The translations under genes and the position numbers were made by a program. This document shows, piece by piece, positions 1 through 10,163 of a stretch of DNA of 64,000 bases. Below the pieces are notes generated by a model that did no database searches, was not told where the DNA came from, and saw nothing but the letters and a program-made list of their open reading frames with translations. The DNA comes from an uncultured Duncaniella sp. (lineage in GTDB: Bacteria > Bacteroidota > Bacteroidia > Bacteroidales > Muribaculaceae), in contig CAJUSW010000010.1 in assembly GCA_910589485.1 (NCBI GenBank), positions 10,479-74,478 of the forward strand, given 5' to 3'. Each line of letters starts with the position of its first letter. Positions within the stretch are counted from its first letter, which is position 1.

Positions 1-213
1 TTCGATCCTTTCGTTTGGCGAGAACTGTGAGTTAGTCCACTTGTTGGAATTCACATATTCATTTATCGCATCCTGCAATGTCTCGAATACCGACTTGTTG
101 GTGCCTTCAAGCCGGGATGTATTCACCTCCACACGGCAATTCAGTTCCTGCCCGTTAAGGTCAAGGCTTGATATTGCCGCAATCGCCGTGATTATGTAGA
201 GGAGTCGAGTCAT
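1..213 (-). CDS. DUF4835-like protein, N-terminal 71 codons only (gene runs off the left edge)
   Basis: ATG at 213-211 on the minus strand, open to position 1. It translates to MTRLLYIITAIAAISSLDLNGQELNCRVEVNTSRLEGTNKSVFETLQDAINEYVNSNKWTNSQFSPNERIE: signal-like N-terminus plus an LNC.V.VN...WT pattern I associate with the Bacteroidota DUF4835 family often found next to coaBC. It has no in-window stop, so it is missing from the ORF track. Confidence 0.5.
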   Translation of the reverse strand, partial: MTRLLYIITAIAAISSLDLNGQELNCRVEVNTSRLEGTNKSVFETLQDAINEYVNSNKWTNSQFSPNERIE

Positions 214-253
214 GGGTAGGGTATGCCTGAGTGTAAAAGCCTGGGACGTGCGC

Positions 254-1459
254 CTAAAGTCTGCTCACGATTTCGTTGACGATATCGGTGGCCACATCTT
301 TCTTCGATTTCAACGGGAAGTCGATGCGGTTGCCGGAACGGTCGAATATCGACACCTTGTTGGTGTCGGTGCCGAATCCTGCCCCCTTGTCGCGCATGGA
401 ATTTAGCACGATCATGTCGAGATTCTTTCTCTGAAGTTTCTCGGTGGCGTTGGAGAACTCGTTGTCGGTCTCGAGGGCAAAACCTACGAGAATCTGGTAC
501 TGCTTTTTCTCTTTACCAAGTGTGGCTGCAATATCGGGATTCTTGATCAGTTCGATAGTCGGGACATCCTGATGCTCACGTTTGATCTTGTGATCCTGAG
601 GATGAGCCGGGGCATAATCGGCCACAGCGGCACACATCACGGCAACATCAACATCGGGAAATACCTCCTGGCAAGCTGAAAGCATTTCGCGAGCCGACTC
701 TACATTTACCGTGCGTATCGCGGGATTCTCGGCTCTCAGGTTTACGGGACCTGATACCAGTGTCACCTCTGCGCCACGATTCGCGCACTCTTCGGCCAAT
801 GCGTAGCCCATCTTTCCTGATGAGTAGTTGCCGATGAAACGCACCGGATCAATTTTTTCGTGAGTCGGGCCGGCAGTGATCAGAACCTTCTTCCCTTCCA
901 TGTCGCAACGTGATGAGAAATAGGCTTCGAGATATTCGACTATCTTTTCGGGCTCTTCCATGCGGCCCTTGCCTTCAAGCCCGCTTGCGAGATATCCGGT
1001 TTCGGGTTCGATGATATAGTTGCCATATGATGAGAGCAATTCCAGATTGGCTTGTGTCGATGGATGCTTCATCATGTCGAGATCCATGGCCGGAGCGACA
1101 AACACGGGGCTTTTGGCCGAAAGATAAGTGGTGACGAGCATATTGTCAGCGATGCCATGAGCCATCTTCCCTATTGTGGATGCTGTGGCGGGAGCTATCA
1201 CCATGCAATCGGCCCATAAGCCGAGATCGACATGAGAATGCCACTCTCCGGTATTGGCGGTGAAAAACTCACTGACCACGGGTTTATGGCTCAGAGCCGA
1301 GAGTGTCACCGGAGTGATGAACTCTTTGCCTGCCGGCGTGATCACCACCTGCACCTCGGCTCCGGCTTTTATGAAGAGCCTGAGCAACGACACACTCTTG
1401 TAAGCTGCGATGCCGCCACATATGCCGAGAATTATATGTTTACCTGACAGGATGCTCAT
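254..1459 (-). CDS. coaBC: bifunctional phosphopantothenoylcysteine decarboxylase / phosphopantothenate-cysteine ligase
   Basis: 401 aa. N-terminal flavoprotein motif ILGICGGIAAYKS and C-terminal CoaB-type ITAGPTHEKIDPVRFIGNYSSGKMG. 4-nt overlap with the upstream exonuclease gene. Confidence 0.95.
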   Translation of the reverse strand: MSILSGKHIILGICGGIAAYKSVSLLRLFIKAGAEVQVVITPAGKEFITPVTLSALSHKPVVSEFFTANTGEWHSHVDLGLWADCMVIAPATASTIGKMAHGIADNMLVTTYLSAKSPVFVAPAMDLDMMKHPSTQANLELLSSYGNYIIEPETGYLASGLEGKGRMEEPEKIVEYLEAYFSSRCDMEGKKVLITAGPTHEKIDPVRFIGNYSSGKMGYALAEECANRGAEVTLVSGPVNLRAENPAIRTVNVESAREMLSACQEVFPDVDVAVMCAAVADYAPAHPQDHKIKREHQDVPTIELIKNPDIAATLGKEKKQYQILVGFALETDNEFSNATEKLQRKNLDMIVLNSMRDKGAGFGTDTNKVSIFDRSGNRIDFPLKSKKDVATDIVNEIVSRL

Positions 1460-2223
1460 TTGGCTTTCATTCTCAATCGGATGCGTGTGAAGCAGTCCTT
1501 GGTGTTCTGAGCGAAATCGCTCTTCATGATCCAGTCGTAATATCCGGGCTCCTTGCTCAGTACCTCTTCGGCGATTTTTCCCTTATGTTTTCCGAAGTTG
1601 ATCACCTCCTTATCATCATCATTGTAGATGAGACGGCCCATGAAATCGACATTCCTGTTGATCTGCGAGAACTTGCTCAGTTCCTCTATGTCGTTAGGGA
1701 GATCGTCATACCGGTCGAGCTGGGCCTTCAGCACCTCGAGAGTGGCGCGGGTATCGGCATTAGCTGAATGGGCCTCATTTAATTCCTGCCCGCAATAGAA
1801 GCGGTAGGCGGCCACAAGCGTGCGTTGTTCTTTCTTATGGAATATGGTCTGCACGTCCACAAACCGGGCCTTGGAGAAATCAAACTTCACCCCGGCACGC
1901 TGAAATTCCTGATCGAGCATAGGGATATCAAACCGGTTGGAGTTATATCCGGCTATGTCACATCCGGTCAGCTCATTGGCAAGCGAGCGGGCAATCTGCT
2001 TGAAATATGGCTCGTTGGCCACATCCTCATCAGTGATGTGGTGTACGGCAGTAGCCTCCGCCGGGATGGGGATTCCGGGATTGACCCTGCGGGTCTTCTC
2101 GATCTCCTCTCCCGAGGGTAACACTTTTATTATTGATATCTCCACTATACGGTCGTGGGTGACATCAATGCCGGTAGTCTCGAGATCGAAGAATACTATC
2201 GGCTTCTTGAGATTCAACTGCAT
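1456..2223 (-). CDS. DEDDh 3'-5' exonuclease, DNA polymerase III epsilon-like
   Basis: 255 aa. ExoI motif FFDLETTG, ExoII-like GYNSNRFDIPML, ExoIII HSANADT. Confidence 0.85.
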   Translation of the reverse strand: MQLNLKKPIVFFDLETTGIDVTHDRIVEISIIKVLPSGEEIEKTRRVNPGIPIPAEATAVHHITDEDVANEPYFKQIARSLANELTGCDIAGYNSNRFDIPMLDQEFQRAGVKFDFSKARFVDVQTIFHKKEQRTLVAAYRFYCGQELNEAHSANADTRATLEVLKAQLDRYDDLPNDIEELSKFSQINRNVDFMGRLIYNDDDKEVINFGKHKGKIAEEVLSKEPGYYDWIMKSDFAQNTKDCFTRIRLRMKAK

Positions 2224-2233
2224 GACTTACTTA

Positions 2234-3364
2234 TCAGAATTCCTGAACATTCATCGGCATGAGGAGCATGGTGAGCTTGGTCTCGGCCCTGTCCTCGGTG
2301 GGTACTATCACTGCCGGGCGGGAGGGATCGGCAAGACGGAATATTATGTCGTCGGTCCACAGCACCGAGGCAAGCTCGGTGAGATAGCTTGAGCTGAAAC
2401 CGATTATCATCTCACTGCCGTTGAAATCGGCTACAAGTGTCTCGAATCCCGAAGTGTTGTACTCATTGTCAGATGCCTTGATTGTGAGCTTCTCGGGGGT
2501 GACACGGAATTTAATCAGACCATGGCCCTCGTCCACAAACAGGCTGACACGACGCACAGCCGTGGTGAACTCATGACGGTTGACGGTGAGTGTGTAAGGA
2601 TTATTCTCGGGGATAACACGGGTATAATCGGGGAAACGGCCTTTGACGAGGCGGCTGTCGAATGTGAATGTCTCGGTCTCGAATGTTATGCCACGCTCGG
2701 GATCAAGAGTAACCGAAACTTCCTCCTCCTTGTTGAATACGGAGCGGAACACATTGGTTGATTTGTTGGGGAGAATGAACGATCCTGTGATACCCGACTG
2801 GATGCTTCCGTCCTCAAACTTCACGAGCTTGTGGGTATCGGTGGCAACGAAAATCAATCGGTCGGGCTTTATGTCCCAGTACACTCCGGTCATCTGTGGA
2901 CGAAGCATATCGGTTCCGGCGGCGAAAGAGGTGTACTCCAGTCCACGAAGCAAAGCCGAACCCGGAGCCTTGAAAGAAAGTGCATTTTCCTGGGCCGGAC
3001 GCTTGATGGCAGGATATTCCTTGCCGGGAAGTCCCATGAACTTGTATGTTCCGTTGGGGTGGGTCATCTCCACTGCCAGGGTCTTGTCATCGACATCAAA
3101 ATGGAGTTCCTGCTCGGGCATAACCCTAAGGAGCTCGACCAATCGGCGGGCGTCGATACAGAAGTCGCCCTCCCCTTCGATATCCATGATGAGGATGCGG
3201 GCACACAGAGTATTCTCGCCGTCACAGGCTGTGATGGTGAGGGTGTTTCCTTTTATGGAGAAGAGGAAATTGTTGAGAATGGTGATGGCGTTTTTGGCAT
3301 TGATCACCTTGCTCACGGCCGAAGCGAATGAGTGGAGCGTTTTGCTGGGAACTGTAAATTTCAT
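2234..3364 (-). CDS. dnaN: DNA polymerase III beta sliding clamp
   Basis: 376 aa, typical clamp length. N-terminus MKFTVPSKTLHSFASAVSKVINAKNAITILNNFLF and C-terminus AVIVPTE....MLLMPM resemble DnaN. Confidence 0.93.
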   Translation of the reverse strand: MKFTVPSKTLHSFASAVSKVINAKNAITILNNFLFSIKGNTLTITACDGENTLCARILIMDIEGEGDFCIDARRLVELLRVMPEQELHFDVDDKTLAVEMTHPNGTYKFMGLPGKEYPAIKRPAQENALSFKAPGSALLRGLEYTSFAAGTDMLRPQMTGVYWDIKPDRLIFVATDTHKLVKFEDGSIQSGITGSFILPNKSTNVFRSVFNKEEEVSVTLDPERGITFETETFTFDSRLVKGRFPDYTRVIPENNPYTLTVNRHEFTTAVRRVSLFVDEGHGLIKFRVTPEKLTIKASDNEYNTSGFETLVADFNGSEMIIGFSSSYLTELASVLWTDDIIFRLADPSRPAVIVPTEDRAETKLTMLLMPMNVQEF

Positions 3365-3658
3365 ATCGTAGTATTATAAATTCAGCTTTCGGGAGCGGAG
3401 GAGCACCGCTCTTTTAACTCGCAAAGATAATAAATTTCCATAAACTCTGCAACTGTATCATGTCCGTGTTGCATGCGGATGATCAAATCATGTATGCTTT
3501 GAGTTTTTGGCTGTACGTGAATTGTACGGAAGCGAAATTTTCACTAATTTTGACGAACGAACCGCGCAAAGTGCAAATAATGTGAACGTATAGGCCCAAT
3601 GGAACGCCGTTATTGTTTTTATATGTAATACAGCATATACAGCGGTACTTGTGAAGTC

Positions 3659-6529
3659 ATGAAACATTATCTTACTCTCATTATAATAATTCTCGTTGCT
3701 GCAATCACTGCATCGGGAGCCACCCGCAAACCTAAACGGAGAAGCAAAAAGAGCGCCAAGGTGACTAAAGTTGTCAAGGCTGAACCTCGCACATCAGGAC
3801 CCTTTGTTGTAAGGCTCGATGCGCCCGAGGCCCCCGACGGTCTCGACGGTAAGAATATCGCGCTTTGGCCAAGCCATGGCAGATATTATGATGCCAAGGA
3901 GGATCGCTGGATGTGGCAGCGCGGTCGATTGCTCGGAACGGTCGAGGATCTTTATTCCCAGAGTTATGTCTATCCCTTCCTGGTTCCTATGCTCGAGAAT
4001 GCGGGCGCGTATGTGATGATGCCGAGAGAGCGCGACACTTCCACTGTAGAGGTGATCGTGGATGCCGACGGCGGACTTGCCCAAGGAGGCTATACCGAGA
4101 AGAACGGTGCCAAAAACTGGGAAGACGCTGTGGGGCAGAGAGGATTTGCATATACAACCGAGATATTGTCGGGGACTCAGAATCCGTTCACGCAAGGCTC
4201 GTTGAGGAAAGTGCCCACTGTAAATGACACCGATAAGGCTTCATCGGCCACATGGACTGCCGATATTCCCGAGACGGGAGAATATGCGCTGTACGTAAGT
4301 TATGCGTCGCTCCCTGAAAGCGCTCGTGACGCCCGGTATCGCGTCAAGTCGATGAGAGGGGTCGAGGAGTTTCAGGTCAACCAGACCATGGGAGGAGGCA
4401 CATGGGTGTATCTCGGCACTTTTCCGTTTGAAAAGGGCAAAGCTCCTGTAGTGGAACTGCTCAATGTTTCGGAAGGGGACGGTAAAGTAGTCACCGCCGA
4501 TGCCATAAAAATAGGTGGTGGAATGGGCAATGTGAAGCGTGGCCCGCAGTCTACGGCCGAGACGAGCGGATATCCGCGCTTTACCGAAGGCGCCCGCTAC
4601 TGGTTGCAGTGGGCCGGCATACCATCGAGCGTATATTCCGTTGCCGATACATCGGGGGATTACGAGGACGACTACAAGTCGAGAGGTATGTGGGTCAACT
4701 ATCTTGCCGGAGGCTCGAAATCTATCCCGGGACAGAAAGGCCTGGGCATACCCGTGGACCTGTCGTTTGCCCTGCATACCGATGCCGGGACCACTGGTGA
4801 TGATGTGACCAGTGTTGGCACACTCCCCATCGTCTCCACATCGGGAGGCGCTCTCGGTAACGGGAAAAGCAGAAAGACCTCAGTGACTTATGCCAATAAA
4901 GTCACTGACCAGATAATCGATGACATATGGCAATTGTATGATCCGCAATGGACCCGCAGGAAACTCAGGGACAAGCAGTATCATGAGGCGCGCGAGCCTC
5001 AGGTGCCGGCGATGCTTCTTGAATTGCTCAGCCACCAGAACTATGCCGATATGAGATTGGGCCTTGATCCTAATTTCAGATTTGATGTGAGCAGGGCAAT
5101 ATACAAAGGAATGCTCAAGTATCTTCATGAGACTGAGGGCACGCCTTATGTTGTGGAGCCACTTCCGGTAAAGGATTTCGCGATAACAGGATCGGCAGGG
5201 GAATACACATTGAAATGGGTACCTACCGATGATCCACTGGAGCCTACGGCCAAGGCTAAGTATTATATTGTGTATGAGCGTGTGGACGACGGAGCATTTG
5301 TCGAGCTTGCCATTACCGATGATACTTATCTGACAGTGACGCCTCAGGATTCCCGCATATACAGCTATCGAATCGTGGCTGCTAATGACGGTGGACGCAG
5401 TTTCCCCTCGGAGGTACTCGCTTTGTGCGACATGACCGATGGAAAGGAGCAGGTGACTGTGGTGAACGGTTTCACCCGAGTCTCCGGTCCGGCCGAGGTG
5501 TATCGCGACGGCCACATAGGTTTTGATTATGAGGAGGATTATGGCGTGCCTTATGTGAGCGACATAATGTTTACAGGTGTACAGACCGAGTTCCGCCCAT
5601 CCGAGCCATGGAAATCCAATGATGCTCCGGGACATGGCGCAAGCCGTGCTACGCACGAGACGGAGATTATTGCAGGAAACACATTCGACTTCGTGTACGT
5701 TCACGGCAAAGCCATCAGGAATGCCGGGCATCCTTTCATATCAACCAGCCTCAGCGCATTTGTGAACGGAACGGAGACACCCCGCATCATTGACCTGATA
5801 CTCGGTAAACAAAAAGAGATAACAAAGGGACGCGCAGGTGACACCAGGTATAAGCCTTTCCCCGAAGAGCTGAGAAACCGTCTGTCTCATCTGGCTGCGG
5901 GAGGCACCGCGCTGATGGTGAGCGGAAGCTATGTGGGCAGTGATCTGTTCGATAATAGTTTCAGCGACTCTGACGAGGCTCAGGCCGACCGCGAGTTTGG
6001 CCATAATGTACTCGGCATAGACTGGAAACAGGCAAAAGCCACCGTGACAGGTGAAGTGAAGGAAGTGCCGTCGGCCTATCAGCAGTTCAACGGTCGCTTA
6101 AAGTTCAGCTTCAACCAGCAGCTGTCATCCGATTGTTATGCAGTCCAATCACCGGAGTCTTTTACCCCCTACTCGGCCGGCAAAGGCGCAGTGGTACTCA
6201 GGTATGTTGAGAATGACTACGCAGCAGGAACCGCCTACTCCGACAAAAGTCATAGGGCCGTGGTGATCGGTTTCCCGTTCGAGACCATAAAGGGTGAGGA
6301 TTCCCGTGACAGGCTGATGAAGCAGATAATGCAATTCCTCAGTATTGCTCCATCGTCCTTGGCCGCAAACCAGTCATTCAGGGTGGTGGCCGGATCGATA
6401 ATTGCGCCATCCGAGGACTCCTTGTTGCCGAGCGCTCTCGGAGGCGGTGACTGGACGGCTTATCTCAGGGATCCGGCTGAAGCCGCCCAAAGGTCCGAGC
6501 CTCGTAGGCCAAGGAAAAGAAAATCTTAA
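3659..6529 (+). CDS. large secreted MurNAc-L-alanine-amidase-like protein with an inserted golvesin-C-like/carbohydrate-binding region
   Basis: 956 aa with an N-terminal hydrophobic signal/anchor. Amidase_3-like elements WPSHGRYY, FALHTDAG and MLLELLSHQN. The inserted segment GEYALYVSYASLPESARDARYRV...GTWVYLGTF resembles golvesin C-terminal-like domains. First gene of a tightly packed operon. Confidence 0.55.
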   Translation: MKHYLTLIIIILVAAITASGATRKPKRRSKKSAKVTKVVKAEPRTSGPFVVRLDAPEAPDGLDGKNIALWPSHGRYYDAKEDRWMWQRGRLLGTVEDLYSQSYVYPFLVPMLENAGAYVMMPRERDTSTVEVIVDADGGLAQGGYTEKNGAKNWEDAVGQRGFAYTTEILSGTQNPFTQGSLRKVPTVNDTDKASSATWTADIPETGEYALYVSYASLPESARDARYRVKSMRGVEEFQVNQTMGGGTWVYLGTFPFEKGKAPVVELLNVSEGDGKVVTADAIKIGGGMGNVKRGPQSTAETSGYPRFTEGARYWLQWAGIPSSVYSVADTSGDYEDDYKSRGMWVNYLAGGSKSIPGQKGLGIPVDLSFALHTDAGTTGDDVTSVGTLPIVSTSGGALGNGKSRKTSVTYANKVTDQIIDDIWQLYDPQWTRRKLRDKQYHEAREPQVPAMLLELLSHQNYADMRLGLDPNFRFDVSRAIYKGMLKYLHETEGTPYVVEPLPVKDFAITGSAGEYTLKWVPTDDPLEPTAKAKYYIVYERVDDGAFVELAITDDTYLTVTPQDSRIYSYRIVAANDGGRSFPSEVLALCDMTDGKEQVTVVNGFTRVSGPAEVYRDGHIGFDYEEDYGVPYVSDIMFTGVQTEFRPSEPWKSNDAPGHGASRATHETEIIAGNTFDFVYVHGKAIRNAGHPFISTSLSAFVNGTETPRIIDLILGKQKEITKGRAGDTRYKPFPEELRNRLSHLAAGGTALMVSGSYVGSDLFDNSFSDSDEAQADREFGHNVLGIDWKQAKATVTGEVKEVPSAYQQFNGRLKFSFNQQLSSDCYAVQSPESFTPYSAGKGAVVLRYVENDYAAGTAYSDKSHRAVVIGFPFETIKGEDSRDRLMKQIMQFLSIAPSSLAANQSFRVVAGSIIAPSEDSLLPSALGGGDWTAYLRDPAEAAQRSEPRRPRKRKS

Positions 6530-6568
6530 AATTAACAACTATCACCAATCAATATTACATATTCTGCA

Positions 6569-7894
6569 ATGGGAAAAGTAGAAACTTGCCATCCGAGACT
6601 TTCAACTGAAGCGATGATCGCATTGGCTGAAACCGATGAGCAATTCGTGATAATACCGCTCACCGACGATGCCGTTGAGTTCAATCATCGTGGGCAGGAA
6701 AGAATGAAACAGGTGCTTGAGCTCACCGGAGCGCCGTTTGTCTACAGTGACTATCACGAAGACGGAGTGACACAGAAACTCATACCTTACCAGGCCGGCT
6801 CATTGAGAGATGATTTTGATTTCGGCAAGATAGTGATGGTGAGGGCTGACAGGATGAGAGCGGCTTTGGCAGAGTCTGCCGTGCGCTATCGTGCGGCAGG
6901 ATGGTATGACCTGAGGCTGAGGCTTACTCGCGATCATCTCCCGGCCTATTGCCCGGAGCCTCTGTATTATTGCATGGGAAAGACAGATGAATATGACGAG
7001 AAACAGCATTTTGCCTATGTCGATCCCCGAAACCGTGAATCTCAGATTGAAATGGAGAAAGCTGTTACAGCCTATCTGGAGGCAATTGGCGCTAAGGTGT
7101 CGGCATGCGACCGAAAGAACTTGGACGTTTCGGACGGGGATTTTCCTGTAGAAGCAAGCGTTATAATCCCTGTTAGAAACCGCCGTCGCACTATAGGTGA
7201 TGCTGTGGAGTCGGCATTATCACAGGTGACAGATTTCAATTATAAGGTGATCGTGGTTGACAACCGGAGCGACGACGGCACTTCCGATATTCTAAGAGAG
7301 TTTTCCAACAGGGATTCACGACTGAAAGTAATCGATACGGCAAAGTTGCCTTACAGATCTATCGGGATAGGTGGTTGCTGGAACATTGCTGTGGGAGATG
7401 CTGATTGCGGGCGCTTTGCCGTTCAGCTCGATAGTGATGATGTGTACAGTTCCCCCCACACTCTTCAGAAAATCGTTGACAAATTCCGAAGCGAGAACTG
7501 TGCCATGGTGATCGGATCATACACACTCACCGATTTTGACCGCAATCTGCTCCCTCCCGGATTGATTGACCATGCCGAATGGACCGATGAGAATGGCGCT
7601 AACAATGCGTTGCGCATCAACGGGCTCGGAGCGCCGAGAGCTTTCTATACGCCGGTGGCCAGGGCTATCGGCTTCCCCGATGTGTGCTATGGCGAGGACT
7701 ATGCCATGGGCTTGGCCATAAGCCGGGAATACCATATCGGCAGGATATACGAATCGCTTTATTTGTGTCGCAGATGGGAGGATAATACCGATCACGGCCT
7801 GTCACGCGAACGGGTCAATGCGAACAACTATTACAAAGACTCGATAAGAACCATGGAACTAATCCGACGCAGGAATGGCAAAGGAAAGCAATAA
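6569..7894 (+). CDS. family 2 glycosyltransferase with about 190-aa N-terminal extension
   Basis: 441 aa. GT-A signature [23 protein letters not shown]...[12 protein letters not shown]...QLDSDD (DxD). Confidence 0.8.
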   Translation: MGKVETCHPRLSTEAMIALAETDEQFVIIPLTDDAVEFNHRGQERMKQVLELTGAPFVYSDYHEDGVTQKLIPYQAGSLRDDFDFGKIVMVRADRMRAALAESAVRYRAAGWYDLRLRLTRDHLPAYCPEPLYYCMGKTDEYDEKQHFAYVDPRNRESQIEMEKAVTAYLEAIGAKVSACDRKNLDVSDGDFPVEASVIIPVRNRRRTIGDAVESALSQVTDFNYKVIVVDNRSDDGTSDILREFSNRDSRLKVIDTAKLPYRSIGIGGCWNIAVGDADCGRFAVQLDSDDVYSSPHTLQKIVDKFRSENCAMVIGSYTLTDFDRNLLPPGLIDHAEWTDENGANNALRINGLGAPRAFYTPVARAIGFPDVCYGEDYAMGLAISREYHIGRIYESLYLCRRWEDNTDHGLSRERVNANNYYKDSIRTMELIRRRNGKGKQ

Positions 7895-8828
7895 AAATAT
7901 CACGGCAACCGATGTAGGCATGCTGATGGAAAGACAGCGTAAGGAATGGCTGTTGCTGAGGCGTAATCTCGAGACATTGCGTAATGCAAAAAAGGAGGAG
8001 ATACCCTTGAATGTCTCCGCGGGAGTGGTGTCCAAGAGGTTGCTGAATTACCGCAAAGGATCACTCTCAGCCAATCTCACGGCGATTGCCAATGGCGAAA
8101 GGCCCTGTTTCCTGTGCCATAAAGCACGTCCTGAGGAGCAGGAGTATTTGGAGTGGGGAGATTATGAAATCCTCGTTAACCCCTACCCTGCTGATGAATA
8201 CCACTATACCATAGTCAACCGGGATCATGTGCCACAAAGCATCGTCGGACGAGTAGCGGATATGGTTGAGCTTGCCCGGATGTTGAAGGATGAATGTATA
8301 TTCTACAATGGCGCGAAATGCGGAGCGTCGGCCCCCGACCATATGCATTTTCAGGCAATAACGGCAAATGCTGTCAGGAATTTCATAAGCAAGAGTGAGG
8401 ACCGCGATAAGCTCATTGAGACGGAGGCCGGTAGTGTCTCTGTCCCCAAGGCGGGAGCCTCTCCATTCGGATATTTTATTATAGATATCAAAGGCTCCAA
8501 TGATGTGAATGATCTGTTCAACCGTGTTGTCGATAGTCTGCCGGCACATTATGGCGAGGAGCCGATGATGAATGTGCTCGCGTTCAATGCCGGAGAGAGC
8601 GTGCGTGTAGTTGTAATTCCCCGCCGTAAGCATCGGCCTGATATATATGGGGCTGATGATGGCAAGATGCTCGTGAGTCCGGCCTCTCTTGAGATGGCGG
8701 GGATGTTCCTGACCTCAAGGGATAGCGATTTCATGCGGCTCGACGGAGATATGGCGTGTGAAATATATAGAGAAGTTGCTTATAGCGATCAGGAATTTAA
8801 CGAATTTATCAGCCGACTGACCAGATGA
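7875..8828 (+). CDS. DUF4922-like protein, GalT/Apa-type HIT-superfamily nucleotidyltransferase or phosphorylase
   Basis: 317 aa. HxHxQ motif APDHMHFQA, typical of the GalT branch of HIT enzymes. 20-nt overlap with the GT2 gene and 4-nt overlap with the next gene. An alternative start at Met16 is possible. Confidence 0.6.
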   Translation: MAKESNKNITATDVGMLMERQRKEWLLLRRNLETLRNAKKEEIPLNVSAGVVSKRLLNYRKGSLSANLTAIANGERPCFLCHKARPEEQEYLEWGDYEILVNPYPADEYHYTIVNRDHVPQSIVGRVADMVELARMLKDECIFYNGAKCGASAPDHMHFQAITANAVRNFISKSEDRDKLIETEAGSVSVPKAGASPFGYFIIDIKGSNDVNDLFNRVVDSLPAHYGEEPMMNVLAFNAGESVRVVVIPRRKHRPDIYGADDGKMLVSPASLEMAGMFLTSRDSDFMRLDGDMACEIYREVAYSDQEFNEFISRLTR

Positions 8829-10150
8829 AACAACCACAAGTAACTGTGGGAATATTATCCCGCGATGTAATAAAGTTCAGGTTCGACGGTGTGTTTTCGA
8901 CCGGAGACACGAGTGTCGTGACAGGGCCTCAGGAGGCACGGTTGTCCGATTCAGGACTTGCGATAGTATGGAATGGCAAGAGTTACAACTCCCTGGATTT
9001 TGAGCCGGCTTCATACGATGGCAATTCATTTGAGATCGAGGGCGTGACCATCGGGGTGGATTTCCACTGGGAACGGGAAGAAAACCAGAGATTCAAGGGT
9101 GCGTTGCGGTTGATCATATCGGACGGAAAAATTACTGCGATCAACCTGATCGGAGTGGAGGATTATCTCGTGTCGGTGATATCAAGTGAGATGAAATCGA
9201 CCAGCTCATTACCACTGCTGAGAGCTCACTCAGTGATATCGCGGTCATGGTTGCTTGCCCAGATGGAATCAAGGAACGAAAAAGTCTCTAAAAAATATCG
9301 GGCCGGCTCCGACAAGGCTGGCAATGGAGAAATAATCAGATGGTGGGATCATGAAGACCACAAGGATTTTGATGTGTGTGCTGATGATCACTGCCAACGG
9401 TATCAGGGAATCTCGCGCATCGACACCCATGTGGCAGCCGGGGCGGTCAGTGACACACGTGGCCAGGTGCTGATGTATGAAGGCAAATTGTGCGACGCTC
9501 GCTTTTCAAAGTGTTGCGGAGGAGTATTTGAACTATTTGAATCATGCTGGGACGACACCCCGCATCCTTATCTCACAGTTCGCAGGGATGACGTCGATTC
9601 GTCAACTTACCCCGATTTGACGAAAGAGGAGAATGTGAGAGAGTGGATTTTGTCGAGACCGACGTCATTCTGCAGCACTACCGACGGACGGATACTGAAT
9701 CAGGTGCTGAACAACTATGACCTGGAGCGACGGGACTTTTATCGCTGGACCGAAGAGATATCTCAGGATAAAATTGTAGATCTCCTCAAGAGCCGTAGTG
9801 ACATATCCGTAGGGAAAGTGATTGACCTTCAGCCGGTGGAGCGAGGCACATCAGGCCGCATTGTACGGTTACGGGTTGTGGGAACTCTCGGTGAAGTTGT
9901 GATAGGCAAGGAACTTATGATACGGCGCTCGTTGTCGGAGTCTCATCTGCTGAGCTCAGCTTTTGTGGTTGAGCGTCATTATGGGGAGAGTGACGTGATA
10001 CCCACCTCATTCACTCTTCATGGCGCCGGCTGGGGACATGGCGTAGGCTTATGCCAGATCGGAGCAGCCGTGATGGGCGAACGCGGATACGGATATGAGG
10101 AGATACTCAGCCACTATTACCCGGGAGCCAAACTACAGAAAATGTATTGA
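8825..10150 (+). CDS. SpoIID/LytB-domain protein (lytic transglycosylase / amidase-enhancer family)
   Basis: 441 aa. Motifs LRAHSVISRSWLL, DDHCQRYQG and HGVGLCQIGAAVMGERGY are characteristic of SpoIID/LytB domains. Confidence 0.85.
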   Translation: MKQPQVTVGILSRDVIKFRFDGVFSTGDTSVVTGPQEARLSDSGLAIVWNGKSYNSLDFEPASYDGNSFEIEGVTIGVDFHWEREENQRFKGALRLIISDGKITAINLIGVEDYLVSVISSEMKSTSSLPLLRAHSVISRSWLLAQMESRNEKVSKKYRAGSDKAGNGEIIRWWDHEDHKDFDVCADDHCQRYQGISRIDTHVAAGAVSDTRGQVLMYEGKLCDARFSKCCGGVFELFESCWDDTPHPYLTVRRDDVDSSTYPDLTKEENVREWILSRPTSFCSTTDGRILNQVLNNYDLERRDFYRWTEEISQDKIVDLLKSRSDISVGKVIDLQPVERGTSGRIVRLRVVGTLGEVVIGKELMIRRSLSESHLLSSAFVVERHYGESDVIPTSFTLHGAGWGHGVGLCQIGAAVMGERGYGYEEILSHYYPGAKLQKMY

Positions 10151-10163
10151 CCGAAGAATAATC

